A DNA stretch of 59,373 bases, taken from an uncultured virus (IMG/VR IMGVR_UViG_3300032030_000025) (taxonomy: Duplodnaviria; Heunggongvirae; Uroviricota; Caudoviricetes). Of this stretch, positions 27,305 to 37,317 are shown piece by piece; positions within the stretch are counted from its first letter, which is position 1, and each line of letters starts with the position of its first letter. A model generated the notes under the pieces. The model was not told the origin of the DNA. It did no database searches and was given only the letters and a program-made list of their open reading frames with translations. The stretch is taken from IMG/VR virus record IMGVR_UViG_3300032030_000025, positions 62,001-121,373 of that record; one strand, written 5' to 3'. The position numbers and the translations under genes are program-made.

Positions 27305-28081
27305 ATGGCAAACGAAGTTCCAAACAAGGAGTACAAGGAAGAGAGATTTGAAATTGACTTATATGTTAATGACAAATTGATTTGCAAGAGAAATTTCAAG
27401 ATTAATAACTTTATTGAGGGTAGTATGGATACTGTCAATTTCAAGGAGACTTTTGACGGTCTTGTAAGGAGTATTGACAATGACTTGAAATCCAAGAGCA
27501 GAGTATACTGTTGGTATTACTTTAACGAGGATGATGTTTTGAATGAGTTCAAAGACCCTCTTCTAAAACCGTGGGAATGCACGTTTAAGTTTGAATTGAC
27601 TGATAACCACAAGGTTGTTCTGTCAAGGATTTGGGATGGCTATGCTTACCCTAAGGCTATTAGGGATAGGGTTGACATCACCAACAAGATTGTAAGGATT
27701 ACTACAAAAGATGACAAGACATATGTGTATGACAAGGACACATATTTCAAGGCAAACGAAGACAGATTGTCGGCAGAGCTTTATGTTCTCAAGGCAATGA
27801 TAATGGACAAGCAAGACTTGACACAGCAGATTATAAGGAAGATTTGCGAGGTTTGCTCACCACGCGAGAACTTGTACAAGTCAATCGGTGACTATACTGT
27901 GAGCGAAGTGTATGGGAATGACGAGTATGTTGTCAACAAGGAAGGTAAAAAGGAATTTTTGAGGACTCGTGGAGCCAAGAAGTATTTCTATTCAGTAAAT
28001 CTTACTGAGAAGAAGTATATTTCTGATTGGGCAAAAGCAGTTTCAGCAAAGACTAAGGAATATTTTGAAACATTGTATTAA
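27305..28081 (+). CDS. Conserved-looking hypothetical protein upstream of helicase
   Basis: 258-aa ORF with genome-typical codon usage. Confidence 0.7.
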   Translation: MANEVPNKEYKEERFEIDLYVNDKLICKRNFKINNFIEGSMDTVNFKETFDGLVRSIDNDLKSKSRVYCWYYFNEDDVLNEFKDPLLKPWECTFKFELTDNHKVVLSRIWDGYAYPKAIRDRVDITNKIVRITTKDDKTYVYDKDTYFKANEDRLSAELYVLKAMIMDKQDLTQQIIRKICEVCSPRENLYKSIGDYTVSEVYGNDEYVVNKEGKKEFLRTRGAKKYFYSVNLTEKKYISDWAKAVSAKTKEYFETLY

Positions 28082-28087
28082 TGAATT

Positions 28088-29539
28088 ATGGCATCAAAAT
28101 CAAATGAAAAGGATTTAGGTTATCTAGGTGAAGAGTTTCAAAAGAGATTGATACACGCCTTTATGGTTGATAGCTCCTTTTTCAGAGATTTGTCATCCAT
28201 TATAGACCAAAATATGTTCACAAGTGTAATAATGCGAACATATGTTGCAATTATGAAGGACTATTATGAGAAATATCAGATTTGTCCTTCATATACTGTA
28301 ATGGATATGTCCATAAGGGAACGAATACACAACAAAATTGAGCTTGAGCAAGAGTTGGCTTTCAATGAAGAACTGAAGACAGTAACCACTGAATCAATCG
28401 ATTATGTCAGAGAAGTTGCTACAAGGTTCTTCAAGCAGCAGAATATTGTACGTATTGCAAATGAAATATTAAGGGTTGTAGGAAGCAATGGAACTGATGC
28501 TGACAAGTATGACAAATGCGTCACTCTATTGACAGATGCAATCAATGTTGGAACTGGCGAAGATTATGGCGAGGGAATTTATGACAACATAGAAGATACC
28601 TTGTCAGATGAATATCGAAAGCCAATACCAACTGGAGTTGATAGGCTTGACGAGGTTCTTGAAGGTGGTTTGGGATTAGGCGAAGTCGGAATGATAATTG
28701 GCCCTACATCGTTTGGTAAGACATCTCTAACAACATCATTTGCTAGTGCAGCAGCAACTTGTAGATGTGAATACAACAACAATCAAGGATTTAAAGTACT
28801 ACAGATTGTCTTTGAGGACAAGATAAAGCAGATTAGACGAAAGCATTTCTCAAAGATAACGCAAGTGGAGGCTCGTAATTTGTCAAAACCCGATTACATT
28901 CAGATGGTTAGGGAGCAGATTGACAGATACGAAGATAAGGAAATGCTTGCTAAAAATCTGAAGATTGTCAAGTTTCCTAGTGGCGAAAAGACAATAGACC
29001 AAATAAAGAACTATATCAATAGGCTGATAAATCTTGGCTTTAAACCAGACTTGTTGATTCTTGATTATTTCGAATGTTTGAAATTGTCTGGAGATAAATC
29101 TTTATCACAATGGGAGCAAGAGGGCAAGACTATGAGGCGAATCGAAACTATGGCAAGCGACCTTAATATGGCTGTTTGGGTTCCTAGTCAAGGTAGTAGA
29201 GATTCAATCAATTCTGAACTTGTAACCATTGACAAGGGTGGCGGTTCAATCAGAAAAGCTCAAGTTGCGCACATTATATTGTCTATTGCTCGTTCAACAG
29301 ATGATATTGCAAACAATAGGGCAACTATTGCGATTCTAAAGAACAGAGCTGGTTGTAGTGGAAAGATATTCAATAACGCATATTTCAATAACGGTACTTG
29401 TACTGTAAATATGGATGATGTAGACGAATTTGAAAATATGGTCAAGTTTGACCAAGTTCGAGAAGAGGATATTAGAAAAATTCAGAAGGAACTTTTGAAA
29501 CAAGCTAAAAAGAATCAAAAAGCGGCAGAATCACCATAA
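28088..29539 (+). CDS. dnaB: Replicative DNA helicase (DnaB/gp41-like)
   Basis: IPTGVDRLD..L.GG, Walker A GPTSFGKTS, DLLILDYFE, PSQGSR, ILKNRAG. Confidence 0.9.
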   Translation: MASKSNEKDLGYLGEEFQKRLIHAFMVDSSFFRDLSSIIDQNMFTSVIMRTYVAIMKDYYEKYQICPSYTVMDMSIRERIHNKIELEQELAFNEELKTVTTESIDYVREVATRFFKQQNIVRIANEILRVVGSNGTDADKYDKCVTLLTDAINVGTGEDYGEGIYDNIEDTLSDEYRKPIPTGVDRLDEVLEGGLGLGEVGMIIGPTSFGKTSLTTSFASAAATCRCEYNNNQGFKVLQIVFEDKIKQIRRKHFSKITQVEARNLSKPDYIQMVREQIDRYEDKEMLAKNLKIVKFPSGEKTIDQIKNYINRLINLGFKPDLLILDYFECLKLSGDKSLSQWEQEGKTMRRIETMASDLNMAVWVPSQGSRDSINSELVTIDKGGGSIRKAQVAHIILSIARSTDDIANNRATIAILKNRAGCSGKIFNNAYFNNGTCTVNMDDVDEFENMVKFDQVREEDIRKIQKELLKQAKKNQKAAESP

Positions 29540-29648
29540 AATTTGAAATATTTGGACTCTAAATAGTCATTTTTTGTATTTTTTTCAATAAAATTATAAG
29601 ATAAAAAAAAATAATTTTTTTTTCCAAAAAAAAGTTTTAATTAAAATT

Positions 29649-29686
29649 TTGGCTATCATACATTTAGGTTTGGTAGCCAATTTTTT
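29649..29686 (+). terminator. Intrinsic terminator in AT-rich intergenic region
   Basis: TTGGCTATCA...TGGTAGCCAA followed by T run. Confidence 0.55.
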
Positions 29687-29731
29687 GTAAAATTTTTAGT
29701 AATTTTTTTTCATTTTTGTATACTAATTATG

Positions 29732-29749
29732 TTTACAAACGTTTGTAAA
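29732..29749. promoter_or_regulatory. Perfect 18-bp palindrome upstream of nrdD (candidate operator)
   Basis: TTTACAAACGTTTGTAAA. Confidence 0.4.
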
Positions 29750-29790
29750 AGGAAAAAAATAAACAAAATATTACGTACAACAAAAGAAAT

Positions 29791-32235
29791 ATGAAAGTAG
29801 TTAAGAGAAACGGAAGCGAAGAGGATTTTTCGTTGGAAAAGATTGAAAACGCATTAAAAAATGCAAATTCCACTGTTCAAGATGACCAAAAGATGGATGA
29901 AGAGTCATTGCAGAAGGTCATCAAAACCGTATTGAAGAAACTTGAGGGCTTTAATACAATCAGCGCTGAAGACATCAACAGTTTTGTAGAATCTGCTCTT
30001 GTAAGGCACAACAAATATCAGATTGAAAAGAATTACATACTATATAGGGAAAAGAAGAAGAATGATAAGAAGTTCACCCCAGATGAAGAAAAAATTCTTG
30101 CATTGGTAGATGGAAATTCTGAATTGAGAGGTGATAATGCCAACAAGCACATTGATGACAATGGTTCAATCAGAGATTATGTAGCTGGTATCATTTGCAA
30201 GACAATGGCTGAAAAGATGCTTCCAAACGACATCATTACAGCTCATAAGCAAGGGCTTATACATTGGCACGATATGGATTATAGCCCATTACAACCAGAA
30301 CACAATTGTGACTTGATTAATGCTGAAGATATGTTGACAAATACGTTTGTTATGGGTGACACATTGATTGAACCAAACGATGAGACACCATTCAGAACAG
30401 CTTGCAACCTTTTGGCACAAATAAATCTTATAGTAAGTGGCAGACAATATGGTGGGCAGACCGTTTCATGGGCGCATTTACTTCCATTTATTGCAAATTC
30501 AAGAAGAATTATCAGAAAAGAGGTTTTAGCTGATATTGAAAAATACAACGGAAACTTGTCTGATGATGAGATAAACAAAATAGTAGAGGATAAGTTAAGG
30601 GAAGAAATCAAGGAGGGTGTTAAGACATATCAATATCAGATTTTATGCCACCAGAGTTCAAACGGACAGACACCTTTCGTATCTAACAACCTTTGCTTGA
30701 GAGAGGCAGAAACACAGCAAGAGCTTGACGATTTTGCAATATTGATTGAAGAAATATTCAAGCGCAGAATCAAGGGTATCAAGGACAAGAACGGACATTA
30801 TACTACCCCATTGTTCCCAAAGCTTCTCTATTGGATTACAGATGGTGTTAACTACAAGGAGGGTGAACCATACTTCTACCTTACACGTCTTGCAGCAGAA
30901 TGCAACGCATACAGAATGCAACCAGATATTGTTTCTGATAAGGAAACAAGAAGAGTAAAGCAAGGACAGATAATTCCATCAATGGGATGCAGAAGCTTGT
31001 TAGGCCCTATTTGGGAGGAACATACATATCCAATTGATACAAAGTTCTATTGGGTTGAAGGTGTTGGAACATACCCATATGGTACATTTGTTGCAAAGAG
31101 GTCGTTCGAGTCTGTTGAAAACGGTGAATATCCAAGTGGATATGAAAACGGTAGATATTCAATCAATTTCAGAGGAAACACTGGTTGGCTCGTAAAGAAG
31201 ACAGATACAGAAGTTACAATCAAGAAGCCAATCGTTTATGGACGTTGGAATAATGGTGTCGTAACAATCAATATACCACACGTTGCACTTGAAGCAAAGC
31301 AAGAGGGAAGAGACTTCTTTGAGGTATTCGATGAAAGGTTGGCTCTTTGCAGAAGGGCTTTGCAGATAAGGTATGAAAGGTGCAAGGAAATCAAGGCTAT
31401 GAACTCTTCAATATTGTGGCAATATGGCGCATTGGCAAGATTGAAACCAGAACAGACTGTTGGTGACTTGATGAAGATGTATCCCACACGTTCTACTATC
31501 AGTATCGGTTATGTAGGATTGTATGAAACTTGTGAAGCAATCATCGGTGAATCTAACACAACTGAAAAAGGTAGGGCATTTACCAAGAAGATTATGGAAT
31601 ATATGAATGAAAAGGTTGCACAGTGGAAGAAGGAGGATGGTATCAACTACGCTATCTATGGTACACCAGAAGAAACATTGACATACAAGTTTGCAATGGC
31701 AAACAGAAGGGATTTCGGACTTATACCAAAGATTACTGACAAGGATTATGTAGTTAACAGCTACCACGTAGACCCACGTGAGACTATCGATGCATTTACA
31801 AAGCTTGATATTGAAGGTGAATTCTTGGCATTGTCAGCTGGTGGTGCAATTTCATATATTGAAACTGGTGACTTGACACACAATGTCGATGTAATTGTAA
31901 AGATTATCCAATGGATGGCAGACCATATATTGTACGCAGAAATAAACAGAATCATCGGTGTTTGCTATGATTGTGGATATGAAGGCAAGATGGAACTTGT
32001 CAAGACAACTGATGGAAAGTTCAAGTTTATCTGTCCTAATTGTGGTAACAGTGATGATAATAAGATGAATGTAAAGGGACGCTTGTGCGGCTATCTTGGG
32101 GAAATAAATGCAGGTAATACAAACAAGGGTAGATTGGACGATATTTACAATCGAGTAATTCATCTGGACTGTTATGATGAATGTGCTGTACAGCCAATTA
32201 TGGAAGAGTTGTACAGTTTAAAAATGAACGAGTAA
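29791..32235 (+). CDS. nrdD: Anaerobic ribonucleoside-triphosphate reductase (class III)
   Basis: N-terminal ATP cone MKVVKRNG, HWHDMDY, HNC, QYGGQT, GQTPF, MGCRS, YGTPEE, CxxC...CPNC, glycyl-radical RLCGYLG. Confidence 0.95.
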   Translation: MKVVKRNGSEEDFSLEKIENALKNANSTVQDDQKMDEESLQKVIKTVLKKLEGFNTISAEDINSFVESALVRHNKYQIEKNYILYREKKKNDKKFTPDEEKILALVDGNSELRGDNANKHIDDNGSIRDYVAGIICKTMAEKMLPNDIITAHKQGLIHWHDMDYSPLQPEHNCDLINAEDMLTNTFVMGDTLIEPNDETPFRTACNLLAQINLIVSGRQYGGQTVSWAHLLPFIANSRRIIRKEVLADIEKYNGNLSDDEINKIVEDKLREEIKEGVKTYQYQILCHQSSNGQTPFVSNNLCLREAETQQELDDFAILIEEIFKRRIKGIKDKNGHYTTPLFPKLLYWITDGVNYKEGEPYFYLTRLAAECNAYRMQPDIVSDKETRRVKQGQIIPSMGCRSLLGPIWEEHTYPIDTKFYWVEGVGTYPYGTFVAKRSFESVENGEYPSGYENGRYSINFRGNTGWLVKKTDTEVTIKKPIVYGRWNNGVVTINIPHVALEAKQEGRDFFEVFDERLALCRRALQIRYERCKEIKAMNSSILWQYGALARLKPEQTVGDLMKMYPTRSTISIGYVGLYETCEAIIGESNTTEKGRAFTKKIMEYMNEKVAQWKKEDGINYAIYGTPEETLTYKFAMANRRDFGLIPKITDKDYVVNSYHVDPRETIDAFTKLDIEGEFLALSAGGAISYIETGDLTHNVDVIVKIIQWMADHILYAEINRIIGVCYDCGYEGKMELVKTTDGKFKFICPNCGNSDDNKMNVKGRLCGYLGEINAGNTNKGRLDDIYNRVIHLDCYDECAVQPIMEELYSLKMNE

Positions 32236-32240
32236 ATATT

Positions 32241-33929
32241 ATGAAAAAAAAAGTTGAAGAACCTATTAAAATCGTTACATATGAGGATTTAAAGGATATA
32301 ATTGGCTATCATCCTTGTCAAGAGATTACATTTATTTGCGAGAAATGCAACAAGATTGTTACTAAAAGTTTAGCGGCAGTTAGAAAGAGGGGTTTATTAT
32401 GCCAGAAATGCCAACGAGATTTGAATGGAATTAAAAAATATGGTTCTGAGGAAAAGTTTAAACAGCATCTACAAGATGTTAGAGTTAAGTCATTAAACAC
32501 GTTAATAGAAAAATATGGCTCTATTGATGAAGCATATAAACATCGTGTAGATGCATATAAAAAAACTTGTTTGGAAAAATATGGTGTTGATAATTCCTCT
32601 AAAAGGCAAGAATTTAAAGATTATTTGAAATTAAACAACCCAATTTTCAAAGATGAATATAAAGAGAAAGCCAAACAATCATACACTAGAGAGAAACATA
32701 TTGCGGCAGCTAGAAAAGTATCTGAATATATGAAGGAAAATGATTTATATAAAATTAATGCAAAAAAATGTGCCGAAACAAAGTTGGCTCGTTATGGAAA
32801 CAGTGCTTATACAAATCATGAACAATCAGAAGTGACAATGTTGTCAAAGTATGGTGTAAAAAGTGGGCTTAATATTGCAATACAAAAAAGAATAAAACAG
32901 ATTGCAGATGATGGTTATGTAACAATTGGTGAATTAAGTGAAACTTATGGTTATTATCCAGAAGGTATAGAAATTATATTAAAAGAAAATAAAATACCAA
33001 TAAAAGTATATGGTAATTGGAGGTGTGCATTAAGAAACAGTTTACCAACTGATTTTGAAGAAATCATACATAATCATAGATTTTCATATAGAAGCAATGG
33101 CGAAAAAGAAATGTATGATTTTGTGAAAAGCCTTGATGAAACAGCTATTAACAATGATAGAACCATATTAAAACCCAAGGAATTGGATATTTTCGTCCCA
33201 TCAAAAAATATAGCTATTGAGTTCGATGGATTATTTTGGCATAAAGATGAAAATTTGCTCATAAAGACAAATCAATGTGCTGATAAAGGGATTAGACTTT
33301 TACATTTTTATGAAGACGAATGGGAATATAAAAAGGATATTTGCAAATCCATTATTTCGTCTGCTTTAGGAATATTTGAGCAACGTGTGTATGCTAGAAA
33401 GTGTAAAATTAAAAATTTATCAACTGATGAATATAATAATTTTTTAGATAATAATCATATACAAGGTTTTATTAACACGCCTATACGAATAGGTTTATTT
33501 TATAATGAAGAATTAATTCAATGCATAGGTATTGGTAAATCAAGGTATTCGGCAGATGAATTTGAATTATATCGTATGTGTACAAAATTAAATCATCAAG
33601 TTATTGGTGGATTTAGTAAATTACTAAAACATTTATGTAAATATTATAATATCAATATTTTATATTCATATGTTGATAGAAGATTATTTGATGGTAACGG
33701 ATATAAAAAAATTGGTTTTTCAATCTTAAAAGAAACAAAACCTTCTTATTTTTATTTTAAGAATTTAAAAAGGGAAAATCGTATTAAATATCAAAAACAT
33801 AAATTAAAAAAAATATTGGAAAATTTCGATGATTCGTTAAGTGAAATTGACAATATGAAAAATAATGGTTTCGCATTGATTTATGATTGCGGAACATATA
33901 AAATGAAAATTGTTTTAAATGAATTATAG
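32241..33929 (+). mobile_element. Free-standing homing-endonuclease-like gene (Vsr/DUF559-type nuclease, Hef-like) with C-terminal GNAT-like domain
   Basis: CEKC...CQKC, repeated EKYG motifs, SNGEKE, ELDIFVP..IAIEFDGLFWH, LLHFYEDEW; markedly more AT-rich codon usage; inserted between nrdD and nrdG. Confidence 0.75.
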
Positions 33930-34416
33930 CGCAATAAAATATTTTTGTACGGTAAATGGTATTGGTTTATGCACTTCTTTATTTGTTTCTGGATGTGACT
34001 TGCATTGCAAGGGATGCTTCAACAGAGCTTCTTGGGATTTCAAGGCTGGTGCTGAATACACAGAAGATGTGCAAGAAAAGATATTCAAGTCAATTGAACC
34101 AGAATATATATCACATTTAAGCATATTGGGAGGTGAGCCGTTGGCAGATGACAATCAAGATGCAGTATTGAAGATTGTCAAGGATTTCAGAAAACGTTTC
34201 GGTAACAGCAAAAAGATTTGGATTTGGAGCGGATATTACCTTGATAAAATGACTGACAAACAGAAGGAAATAGTCTCTTACTGTGACTATCTGATTGACG
34301 GTAGATGGGATGAAAACAATTACAAGCCGAATCTTATGTTCAGAGGCAGTACCAATCAGACAATTTGGGAGAACCACAATGGAGAATTTGTTAGAAGCGA
34401 ATTGAATGACAAGTGA
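33919..34416 (+). CDS. nrdG: Anaerobic RNR activating protein (radical SAM)
   Basis: SLFVSGCDLHCKGCFN, LSILGGEP, IWIWSGY, LIDGR, FRGSTNQ. Confidence 0.95.
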   Translation: MNYSAIKYFCTVNGIGLCTSLFVSGCDLHCKGCFNRASWDFKAGAEYTEDVQEKIFKSIEPEYISHLSILGGEPLADDNQDAVLKIVKDFRKRFGNSKKIWIWSGYYLDKMTDKQKEIVSYCDYLIDGRWDENNYKPNLMFRGSTNQTIWENHNGEFVRSELNDK

Positions 34417-34471
34417 AATTTACTCATATGGAAACTATACTGTTTATATTGAAATTTAGACAATGTTATAT

Positions 34472-34520
34472 AATTTGGCACCAGTTTGGTAAAATAATTA
34501 CCTACTGATGCCATTTTTTT
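34472..34520 (+). terminator. Dispersed hairpin element, copy B; terminator of nrd operon
   Basis: TGGCACCAGT-TT-GGTAA-AATAA-TTACC-T-ACTGATGCCA-T7. Confidence 0.7.
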
Positions 34521-34582
34521 ATTGTTAACATATCTTTATGAAAATAAAAAAAGCATTATATTTTAAATAATCACAATACAAA

Positions 34583-34589
34583 TATTTAT
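34583..34589 (+). promoter_or_regulatory. TATTTAT putative late promoter of baseplate operon
   Basis: AATATTTAT 18 nt before ATG 34608. Confidence 0.55.
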
Positions 34590-34607
34590 TAATAAAACGT
34601 TTTGCAT

Positions 34608-34997
34608 ATGGCAAAAATACAATATGATGGTATAAAATATCCGTTTGAGAACAAGAACAATGAGAATTATCTGTTTGACTTGAACACGACAATGCGAGAA
34701 AGCATTAGGAGTAGATTGCTGCATGTAATTTTCACCCCAAAGGGACAGAAGGTTCGAGACCCAGAGTTTGGTACAGACTTGATAAGGCATATATTTGAGC
34801 AGAATGATACTCAAACTTGGTCTCAAATGACAGAGGAAATTTCTAGTGCGGTAAGCAAATATGTTCCAGATACTGTAGTAAACAGTATCAAGATACTTCA
34901 GAATGAAGAGGATTCTTCAGTAGTGTTCGTAAGGATTGATTATTCTGTTAAGGAAGGGAATTTAGTGACAAATGACACAGTAATAACAAAAATATAA
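34608..34997 (+). CDS. Baseplate wedge subunit, gp25-like
   Basis: GIKYPF, IRSRLLHVIFTPKGQKVRDPEFGTDL..IFE. Confidence 0.9.
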   Translation: MAKIQYDGIKYPFENKNNENYLFDLNTTMRESIRSRLLHVIFTPKGQKVRDPEFGTDLIRHIFEQNDTQTWSQMTEEISSAVSKYVPDTVVNSIKILQNEEDSSVVFVRIDYSVKEGNLVTNDTVITKI

Positions 34998-35004
34998 TTA
35001 AGAG

Positions 35005-36990
35005 ATGGCAGAAAAAAGTATAAATTACCTTGCAAGGGATTTTGATGGTATAAAGGAAGAATTGATTAAATTCAGTCAAAAGTATTATCCGACATTAAGT
35101 ACTTCATTCACAGATTCAAGCGTTGGCTCTTGGTTCATTGATTTGGTAAGTGCTGTAGGTGACGATTTATCCTATAGCATTGATAGGGCATATCAAGAGA
35201 ACAACGTGAATACTTCGCACCTTAGAAGCAGTGTATTGAACGTTGCTCGTTTAAATGGTGTAAAGGTTCCAGGTTCAAAGGCAAGTATGGTTGAGGTAGA
35301 ATTGTCTTGTAAAATAGGAGTTAGTGGAAATACGCCATTATGGAGTGATTGCCCAGTTGTTAAGAGAGATACACAAGTTGGTAATGGAAGTATGGTGTTC
35401 GAGTTGACAGAAGATGTAAACTTTGCAGAACAGTTCAACAGTGATGGCTATTCCAATAGGAAGTATGAACCAAACAGAAACGCAAACGGAGCTATTACAA
35501 GCTATACTGTAAGCAAATCTGTTATGGCAATAGCTGGTAATTCAAAGGTATTCAAGAAGGTAATTACAAGCAACGAGCTTGAACCATTTATGGAGGTAAT
35601 ATTACCAGATAAAGATGTTATGTGTGTTGACTCAATTATCTTCAAAGCAACAACTGGTTTAACATCAAATCCTAAAATATTTGAATATTTCATAGATGAG
35701 GAACAATATAGAATTACTGGTGATTTCGTTAACACATATAGATTCTTTGAAACTGATTCTCTTGCCGACTTGTACAGATATGGTACAGAAACAGATGGTA
35801 AAGACTGTTTGAGCGGTTCTAATGACGTATATGTAGATTATACAGAAACGTGGTCTATGAGCGGTGATAGTGAAAATGTTAGTACACGAAGCACAAGAGT
35901 ATACAAGGGAAAGTGGAAGCCATTGACACAGAAGTTCATAACAGAATATACTGACAATGGATACTTGAAGATTATTTTTGGTGCTGGTAGTTATGATAAA
36001 ATTCCAAGCGGAACAACCTATGCCGAATATAGAATGAGCAATATGGTAAATAATGCAATGCTTGGTGTATTGCCACAAGAAGGGTGGACAATGTATGTCC
36101 TTTATACAGTGAATGGTGGTGCAAGCACAAACATAGGTGTTGGCGCAATCAATTCAATAATGTATCTTGACATTGAATTCCCATTGGGTACAATAAATTC
36201 TGCCAATGTAACAAAGTCAATGTCAGTTACCAACTTAAGCAATGCAATAGCTGGTAAAGACGCACCTTCGACAGAAGAGCTTAAGCATCTCATCAAGTAC
36301 AATGTTGGCGCACAAAAGCGCTGTGTAACGTTGAATGACTACAAGGCTATGGTGGCAATGATGCCGCCTAAGTACGGCAGTCCTTTCAGATATAATGCTA
36401 TTGAGGAAAACAACAAGGTCGTTCTTTCATTCTTGGGCTTGAATGCAGCAAAGAAGCTTGACACTTCTCTTCCAAGCCTTTTGGTTGACAACGTAAAGGA
36501 ATATTTGAAGGGTTATAAGAATATAACTGATTATGTTGAAATTAGAAGCGGAAAGGTATACAACCTTGGTTTTGAAATAGATGTTTATATAGACAAGAAT
36601 TACACAACACAATTCGTAATCAAATCCATAATAGATACCATCAAGGACTATATGGATGTTGAAAACCACGTTATGGGTGACAATTTCTTCATAGGTGACT
36701 TGGAGAAGGAGATAAACAAGATTGACGGTGTTATTGCATTAATTGATTTGAGAGTATATAACATTTGGGGAGGTATTTATGGGTCTAACGGAAAGTTCCC
36801 ATTGTACTACTCGTCTGATTCTTGCGGACAGAAAGTTGTTGAAAGACTGATTACTACAAAGGATGAAAATGCAATTTGTGACAGAATTGACATTGAGGCA
36901 CTTGATGCAGTTTTGGAGAATGATTATGATTCTATGTTCGAAATTAAATTTCCAGAAAGTGATATTTCAATAAGAGCAAAATTAAAATAA
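35005..36990 (+). CDS. Baseplate wedge subunit, gp6/baseplate J-like
   Basis: INYLARDFDGIKEEL, S.G..FIDL.SAVGD.LSY.IDR...E, IIFG.G, Y.V.GG...N, Q.RCVTLNDY. Confidence 0.9.
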   Translation: MAEKSINYLARDFDGIKEELIKFSQKYYPTLSTSFTDSSVGSWFIDLVSAVGDDLSYSIDRAYQENNVNTSHLRSSVLNVARLNGVKVPGSKASMVEVELSCKIGVSGNTPLWSDCPVVKRDTQVGNGSMVFELTEDVNFAEQFNSDGYSNRKYEPNRNANGAITSYTVSKSVMAIAGNSKVFKKVITSNELEPFMEVILPDKDVMCVDSIIFKATTGLTSNPKIFEYFIDEEQYRITGDFVNTYRFFETDSLADLYRYGTETDGKDCLSGSNDVYVDYTETWSMSGDSENVSTRSTRVYKGKWKPLTQKFITEYTDNGYLKIIFGAGSYDKIPSGTTYAEYRMSNMVNNAMLGVLPQEGWTMYVLYTVNGGASTNIGVGAINSIMYLDIEFPLGTINSANVTKSMSVTNLSNAIAGKDAPSTEELKHLIKYNVGAQKRCVTLNDYKAMVAMMPPKYGSPFRYNAIEENNKVVLSFLGLNAAKKLDTSLPSLLVDNVKEYLKGYKNITDYVEIRSGKVYNLGFEIDVYIDKNYTTQFVIKSIIDTIKDYMDVENHVMGDNFFIGDLEKEINKIDGVIALIDLRVYNIWGGIYGSNGKFPLYYSSDSCGQKVVERLITTKDENAICDRIDIEALDAVLENDYDSMFEIKFPESDISIRAKLK

Positions 36991-37005
36991 AAAAAATAGT
37001 TTCAA

Positions 37006-37317
37006 ATGGCTTGTAATTGTAAGACAATTGACAAAATAGGGAACCGTTTCAAGATAAGTGACGGTCATCATGAGAAAAAGGGTTGGTGGTACTACATCAA
37101 GGGTATCTTCAATGAAATAGTTGTGAATAGGTTGCTAAATGCCTTATTTTTGGCACTTGTATGCATTGTGGTAATGCCACTGTTGGCATTAATCATAGTG
37201 TTTACCCAAATTATACTTGGCAATGCTCGTGTCATATTTCCAGAGGGTATAATCAACAAAATAAAGGGCAAGACAAAGGCTATACAAAATGAACAAGAGC
37301 TACAGAATACATACTAA
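37006..37317 (+). CDS. Small predicted membrane protein
   Basis: MACNCK N-terminus; long hydrophobic stretch ALFLALVCIVVMPLLALIIVFTQIIL. Confidence 0.65.
   Translation: MACNCKTIDKIGNRFKISDGHHEKKGWWYYIKGIFNEIVVNRLLNALFLALVCIVVMPLLALIIVFTQIILGNARVIFPEGIINKIKGKTKAIQNEQELQNTY

Noticed and set aside
29540..29790. Replication origin call for the AT-rich gap after dnaB
   Set aside because: No iterons or strand-skew switch visible; only the hairpin and palindrome are reported
31006..31236. Intein or intron in nrdD
   Set aside because: In frame, too short, no C/S...HN-C/S/T splice motifs and no intron-like structure
37006..37317. Holin
   Set aside because: No adjacent endolysin or spanin; embedded in the baseplate operon
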